From NCBI GenBank assembly GCA_035380125.1, contig DAOSWV010000002.1, forward strand, positions 73,270-137,269: a DNA stretch of 64,000 nt, written 5' to 3'. The DNA is from Oscillospiraceae bacterium. Lineage in GTDB: Bacteria > Bacillota > Clostridia > Oscillospirales > JAKOTC01. Within the stretch, counting starts at the first letter, position 1. Each line of letters begins with the position of its first letter. A program made the position numbers and the translations under genes. A model generated the notes under the pieces. It searched no databases and was not told where the DNA came from. It saw only the letters and a program-made list of their open reading frames with translations. Positions 59,949 to 64,000 of this stretch are shown piece by piece.

Positions 59949-60830
59949 ATGAGAGGAAAATTACTGTTCTCACTTTTGATTGTTTTTATGTTGGCGCTCA
60001 CGGCCTGTGTAAAGCCATTCGAGCCTGTGCCGGCGTCTGCTGAGAGCGTTGAAAGCACGGAGAGCACGGCGTATGTCTCGGAACCTGTATCCGATGAGGT
60101 CGTCGTGATTGCAGACCCCGTGCTTGAACAACTGGTACGGGATAAGATCGGGAAATCCGAAGGCGATATTCTCGCGTCGGATATGGCGAATCTTTACTCG
60201 TTAAACATCAACAATCAGGAGACCCCGGTGGCAAAACTCGACGGGATGGAATATGCCGTCAATCTTTCCGACTTTTCGTATCGGTACGGCGAACTCGAAT
60301 CGCTGTCCCCCATCGCAAATTGCCGGGAGCTGAGTTATCTCAATGTCAGTTATTCCACCGTTGCGCAAAGTCCCGTTGATTTTAACACACCGGTGTTGGA
60401 ACGCGTCGGATTCACCGACACCGCTATTCCGGATTTTTCGTTCTTGCAAAATGTGACATCGATGACGAATGTAACTTTTTCGCAGTGCGAAATCACTTCA
60501 ATTGCGTTCTTGCAAAACAGCGTGGGATTAGAAGAAGTTAATTTATCGGATAACAGCATTGCCGATTTAAACCCCCTCAGCGGCAAAATCGAGTTAACAA
60601 GTCTCAGAATTGATAAAAATGAAGTTACTGATCTCGATCCGCTGTCGAGCTGTATAAAGCTGAACTATATTAATATTTCATATAACCATGTGACCAACCT
60701 TGCGCCCATCATGCAGCTGGTCGATTTACAGGAAGTACGGGCCTATGAGGAGTTGGATCAGAGGATCATCGACAGGGCTCAAATTCAAGCCCTGATTGAC
60801 CGGGGAATAACGGTCGATTATCACGCGTAA
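59949..60830 (+). CDS. Leucine-rich-repeat (internalin-like) lipoprotein
   Basis: Lipobox MRGKLLFSLLIVFMLALTAC. At least six ~22-aa LRRs are present (LxxLxLxxNxIxDLxPL). Confidence 0.75.
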   Translation: MRGKLLFSLLIVFMLALTACVKPFEPVPASAESVESTESTAYVSEPVSDEVVVIADPVLEQLVRDKIGKSEGDILASDMANLYSLNINNQETPVAKLDGMEYAVNLSDFSYRYGELESLSPIANCRELSYLNVSYSTVAQSPVDFNTPVLERVGFTDTAIPDFSFLQNVTSMTNVTFSQCEITSIAFLQNSVGLEEVNLSDNSIADLNPLSGKIELTSLRIDKNEVTDLDPLSSCIKLNYINISYNHVTNLAPIMQLVDLQEVRAYEELDQRIIDRAQIQALIDRGITVDYHA

Positions 60831-60846
60831 TTAATTCATATATGGT

Positions 60847-60890
60847 AAAAAGCCCACGGGGGAGATGAGTTCATCTCCCCCGTGGGCTTT
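60847..60890. terminator. Bidirectional terminator between convergent genes
   Basis: AAAAGCCCACGGGGGAGATGA...TCATCTCCCCCGTGGGCTTT, a ~20-bp stem. Confidence 0.8.
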
Positions 60891-60925
60891 AGATTTTTAT
60901 TTAATTAATCTTAAAGGTTGTGATC

Positions 60926-63568
60926 TTATGATGATTTTTTAAGTGATTTTATTTGTCTTTGTACAAACTTAACAAGCTCCACCAGCGGGATGATCGCAAA
61001 AGCGAGGGCTAAAGCGATGGCGTATTCGGCGAGGGATATGGGAGCAAAACCGAAGGTGACGGATAAGAAAGGAATATAGATGACGGCCGTGGTCAGCAGC
61101 AACGCGCCGATGGCAGCGCTCCAGAGCCAGATGTTTTGACGCTTGATGGTGAAAATCGAACCTCGGCGTGAACGCATATTAAACGAGTGAAAGATCTCGG
61201 CCATCGACATGGTTAAAAACGCCATGGTCATGCCGTCCGGGCTGTTGGCGATTTCCCAGACACCCGATTCGATACGGTGGCCGATGAAGTAGGCGGCAAG
61301 CAGCAGGATCGCCACGAGCGCGCCCTGATAGATCGTATCCCGGCCGACGCCGCCTGAGAAGATCCCGGCCTTGGCGTCGCGCGGTTTTTGCCGCATGGTA
61401 TCGGCTTCGCCGTGTTCCATACCGAGCGCCAACGCGGGCAGGCTGTCGGTGATCAGGTTGATCCAGAGAATGTGGATGGGCTTGAGTAAAGTAAAGCCCA
61501 GCATGGTTGCGATGAAAATACCCAGAACCTCGCTGAGATTGGACGAGAGCAGGAACTGGATAGCCCTGCGGATATTGGCATAGATTCTTCGGCCTTCTTC
61601 GACGGCGGCAACGATGGTGGCGAAATTATCGTCGGCTAAAATCATATCGGCGACGTTTTTGGTGACGTCGGTGCCCGTGATGCCCATGCCGATGCCGATA
61701 TCGGCGGATTTGATGCTGGGTGCGTCGTTGACGCCATCACCGGTCATGGCCGTGATCCTGCCCCTGCGCTTCCACGCATTGACGATGCGCACCTTGTGTT
61801 CCGGCTGGACGCGGGCATAGACATGATAATTTTCAATCTGCCGGTCGAGTTCCTCGTCCGACATACCGTCGAGTGCCTGACCCAAGATAGCTTGTGAAGA
61901 ATCGGTCAGAATGCCGAGGTCTTTGGCGATGGCTATTGCGGTGTCGATGTGGTCGCCCGTGATCATGACCACGCTGACGCCGGCGTCGCGGCATTTGTCG
62001 ACAGCGGCTTTCACCTCCGAGCGGATGGGGTCAATCATACCGCACAGACCGAGAAAGATCAGGTCGTTTTCCAGTGTCTCGGGTGCGAAATTGCCCGGCT
62101 TTTGAGAGAGGTCTTTATAAGCGCCCGCAAGTACGCGCAGGGCGTTGTCGGCCATGGCTTTGTTGGCACGGCGGATATTTTCTTTCAGCGCGTCGGTCAG
62201 CGATACAACACCATCTTCAGTCAGGATATGGGTGCAGCGCTTTAAAATCTCGTCGGGGGCACCTTTGGTATATTGGATAAAGCCGTTTTGCGCGGAATGG
62301 ACGGTAGTCATCATTTTGCGCATCGAATCGAAAGGCGCTTCGCCGATGCGCGGTGCGGTCTTTTTGAGTTCGTTTTTATTCAATGAGCGTGTATAAGCGT
62401 AATTGACCAGTGCACACTCGGTCGGTTCGCCGACGGCGGTCTGAGCTTGTTCGTCGAATTCGGCGTCGGTACACAGGCACATGGCCGCGGCGAGTTTTAA
62501 GTCATCGGCGCTTTCGGCTTTGACGACTGTCATCTTGTTCTGGGTCAGCGTGCCTGTCTTGTCGGAGCAGATGACCTGCGTGCAGCCCAAGGTCTCCACG
62601 GCGGTCAGGCGGCGGATGACGGCATTGCGCTTTGCCATTTTAGTCACACCGATTGACAGCACGATGGTGACCACGGCAGCGAGGCCTTCCGGGATGGCGG
62701 CGACCGCCAGACTGACGGCCAGCATAAAGGTGCTGATAACAACCTCGGTTGAGAACGCACCCGCTTTGAGAACGCCCGCGCCGAAGATCACGATACAGAT
62801 ACCTAAGACGATCCATGTCAGAATCTTGGAGAGCCCCGCCAGTTTGACCTGCAGCGGAGTGGCCTCCTCTTTGGCTTGGGTCAGCGCGTCGGCGATTTTG
62901 CCCATCTCAGTCTTCATGCCGGTATCGCAGACGACGGCGACGCCGCGCCCGTAGACCACGGTGCTGCCCATATAGACCATATTCCGGCGGTCACCAAGCG
63001 AAATTTCACGGTCACCTTCGAGCACATCAGCCGTCTTTTCGGCCGGTACCGATTCGCCGGTCAGCGCGGCTTCTTCGACTTTCATCGAGGCACATTCGAG
63101 AATTCGGGCATCGGCGGGGACCGAATCTCCGGCTTCAAGATGGATGATATCACCGGGAACGAGGTCCTCGCTTTTAATAATTGCGAGTTTTCCGTCGCGC
63201 AGCACTTTTGAGGTGGACGCTGTCATGGTTTTGAGTGCTTCAATGGCCTCTTCCGCCTTGCTCTCCTGCACGATGCCGAGAATCGAATTGAGGATGACGA
63301 CAAATAAGATAATGAACACATCGGCCATGGACTCGCCTTCGTAGGCCGCCGTAAAACCCGAGAGAGCAGCCGCGATCAGCAAAACGATGATCATCGGGTT
63401 AGCCAGCTGTTTGAAAAACCGGGTGAATAAACTCGTCTTTTTGGGTTCTGCGAGTTTGTTTTTTCCGTAAGAAAGCTGCCGCTGTTCGGCTTCCGGTGCG
63501 GATAGGCCCGAAACGGACGATTTGAGCGATTGCAGGACGTTTTCTTTGGTTTGTCGATAATAAGACAT
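60926..63568 (-). CDS. Cation-translocating P-type ATPase, P2 (Ca2+-ATPase-like)
   Basis: 880 aa with TGES, AAIPEGL (TM4), CSDKTGTLT and MTGDGVNDAPS. Confidence 0.9.
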   Translation of the reverse strand: MSYYRQTKENVLQSLKSSVSGLSAPEAEQRQLSYGKNKLAEPKKTSLFTRFFKQLANPMIIVLLIAAALSGFTAAYEGESMADVFIILFVVILNSILGIVQESKAEEAIEALKTMTASTSKVLRDGKLAIIKSEDLVPGDIIHLEAGDSVPADARILECASMKVEEAALTGESVPAEKTADVLEGDREISLGDRRNMVYMGSTVVYGRGVAVVCDTGMKTEMGKIADALTQAKEEATPLQVKLAGLSKILTWIVLGICIVIFGAGVLKAGAFSTEVVISTFMLAVSLAVAAIPEGLAAVVTIVLSIGVTKMAKRNAVIRRLTAVETLGCTQVICSDKTGTLTQNKMTVVKAESADDLKLAAAMCLCTDAEFDEQAQTAVGEPTECALVNYAYTRSLNKNELKKTAPRIGEAPFDSMRKMMTTVHSAQNGFIQYTKGAPDEILKRCTHILTEDGVVSLTDALKENIRRANKAMADNALRVLAGAYKDLSQKPGNFAPETLENDLIFLGLCGMIDPIRSEVKAAVDKCRDAGVSVVMITGDHIDTAIAIAKDLGILTDSSQAILGQALDGMSDEELDRQIENYHVYARVQPEHKVRIVNAWKRRGRITAMTGDGVNDAPSIKSADIGIGMGITGTDVTKNVADMILADDNFATIVAAVEEGRRIYANIRRAIQFLLSSNLSEVLGIFIATMLGFTLLKPIHILWINLITDSLPALALGMEHGEADTMRQKPRDAKAGIFSGGVGRDTIYQGALVAILLLAAYFIGHRIESGVWEIANSPDGMTMAFLTMSMAEIFHSFNMRSRRGSIFTIKRQNIWLWSAAIGALLLTTAVIYIPFLSVTFGFAPISLAEYAIALALAFAIIPLVELVKFVQRQIKSLKKSS

Positions 63569-63652
63569 TCAAGGTTCTCCTCATGTTCAAAATAAACAAA
63601 AGACCCAAGTGCAATTTGTCTGCCGCGCTTTCGGCACGGCGACAATTGTAAA

Positions 63653-63758
63653 TGAGTCTCGTTTATCAGTAATCATTATTGACTACTTTTTGATATGCCA
63701 GACCGAAAGGCCATGCATGTTGACATATCACACTTGCGTGAAACTACTCCCTCAAGAG
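63653..63758 (-). ncRNA. Candidate yybP-ykoY (Mn2+/Ca2+)-like riboswitch aptamer in the ATPase leader
   Basis: Minus strand: UGAG-GGAGUAG-GUUU ... AAAC-GAGA-CUCA closes three hairpins. These are CAC-GCAA-GUG, UGAUAUG...CAUAUCA and GUAGUCA-AUAA-UGAUUAC. That is a four-helix layout with the GGAGUAG / A(C)GAGA strands typical of the family. No covariance model was run. Confidence 0.4.
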
Positions 63759-63773
63759 CACTCTGTCAGGGCT

Positions 63774-63802
63774 ATATTACTATAATTGCAGATGGTTGTC
63801 AA
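63774..63802 (-). promoter_or_regulatory. Promoter of the P-type ATPase gene
   Basis: Minus strand: TTGACA (63797-63802), 17-nt spacer, TAATAT (63774-63779). This gives a ~200-nt leader. Confidence 0.6.
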
Positions 63803-63817
63803 GATTTTCAGGCTTTA

Positions 63818-64000
63818 TTAGCCTTGCACTTGCGGAAGTGTGTAGCTCCAGGATTCGCCGTCCCATACGCAGGGAATTTCTACGCTCTGGGTCTCATCGG
63901 GACTTTGAACCTCCACATTGAGTATGAGTGTGTTGTCGGTAATTGCAGCGTCTACAATTGTCAGCAAATAAGCATTGAGCGTGCCGTCTTCGCCGACATA
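63818..64000 (-). CDS. 3' end of an unidentified CDS (N-terminus beyond the right window edge)
   Basis: Manual minus-strand translation gives ...YVGEDGTLNAYLLTIVDAAITDNTLILNVEVQSPDETQSVEIPCVWDGESWSYTLPQVQG followed by tandem stops TAA TAA. It is absent from the track because it is truncated. Confidence 0.45.
   Translation of the reverse strand, partial: YVGEDGTLNAYLLTIVDAAITDNTLILNVEVQSPDETQSVEIPCVWDGESWSYTLPQVQG

Overview
The window looks like a core chromosomal segment of a moderately GC-rich Firmicutes/Clostridia genome, possibly Oscillospiraceae/Ruminococcaceae-like; that guess rests on gene content and T-box use only. About 56 protein genes are called, mostly housekeeping: uvrB (partial), ppdK, rpsI-rplM, rny, secA, polA, rimI-tsaD, mtnN, rsmA, gap, manA and a P-type ATPase. 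A complete T-box(Trp)-controlled trpEGDCF-aroF-trpBA operon is present, and cytoplasmic glycoside hydrolase-like genes are scattered through the window. I found no tRNA or rRNA genes, CRISPR array, transposase, integrase or recognisable defence genes.

The parts not explained by ordinary annotation are:
1. An AT-richer segment (about 8.0-13.4 kb) carries four tandem, mosaic CHST-like sulfotransferase paralogs. No PAPS-synthesis, glycosyltransferase or export genes lie nearby.
2. A local array of five diverged hairpin repeats with compensatory arm changes sits at 36.63-36.97 kb in an otherwise empty 560-bp gap.
3. Several dispersed intergenic palindromic repeat families are present. The clearest is GTAG-headed, REP/REPIN-like (TGTAGGGAACGGTCTTGACCGTTCC), with six copies including two inverted doublets. 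One repeat family supplies the last codons and stop of a ROK kinase gene.
4. A roughly 106-nt four-helix leader with GGAGUAG / ACGAGA strands lies upstream of the P-type ATPase and resembles a yybP-ykoY (Mn2+/Ca2+) riboswitch.
5. A RadC gene pair (one intact, one with a degenerate metal site) is translationally coupled to uvrB.

All calls come from reading the sequence and ORF track by eye. No database search, covariance model or GC calculation was run, and hand-counted hairpin coordinates may be off by 1-2 nt.
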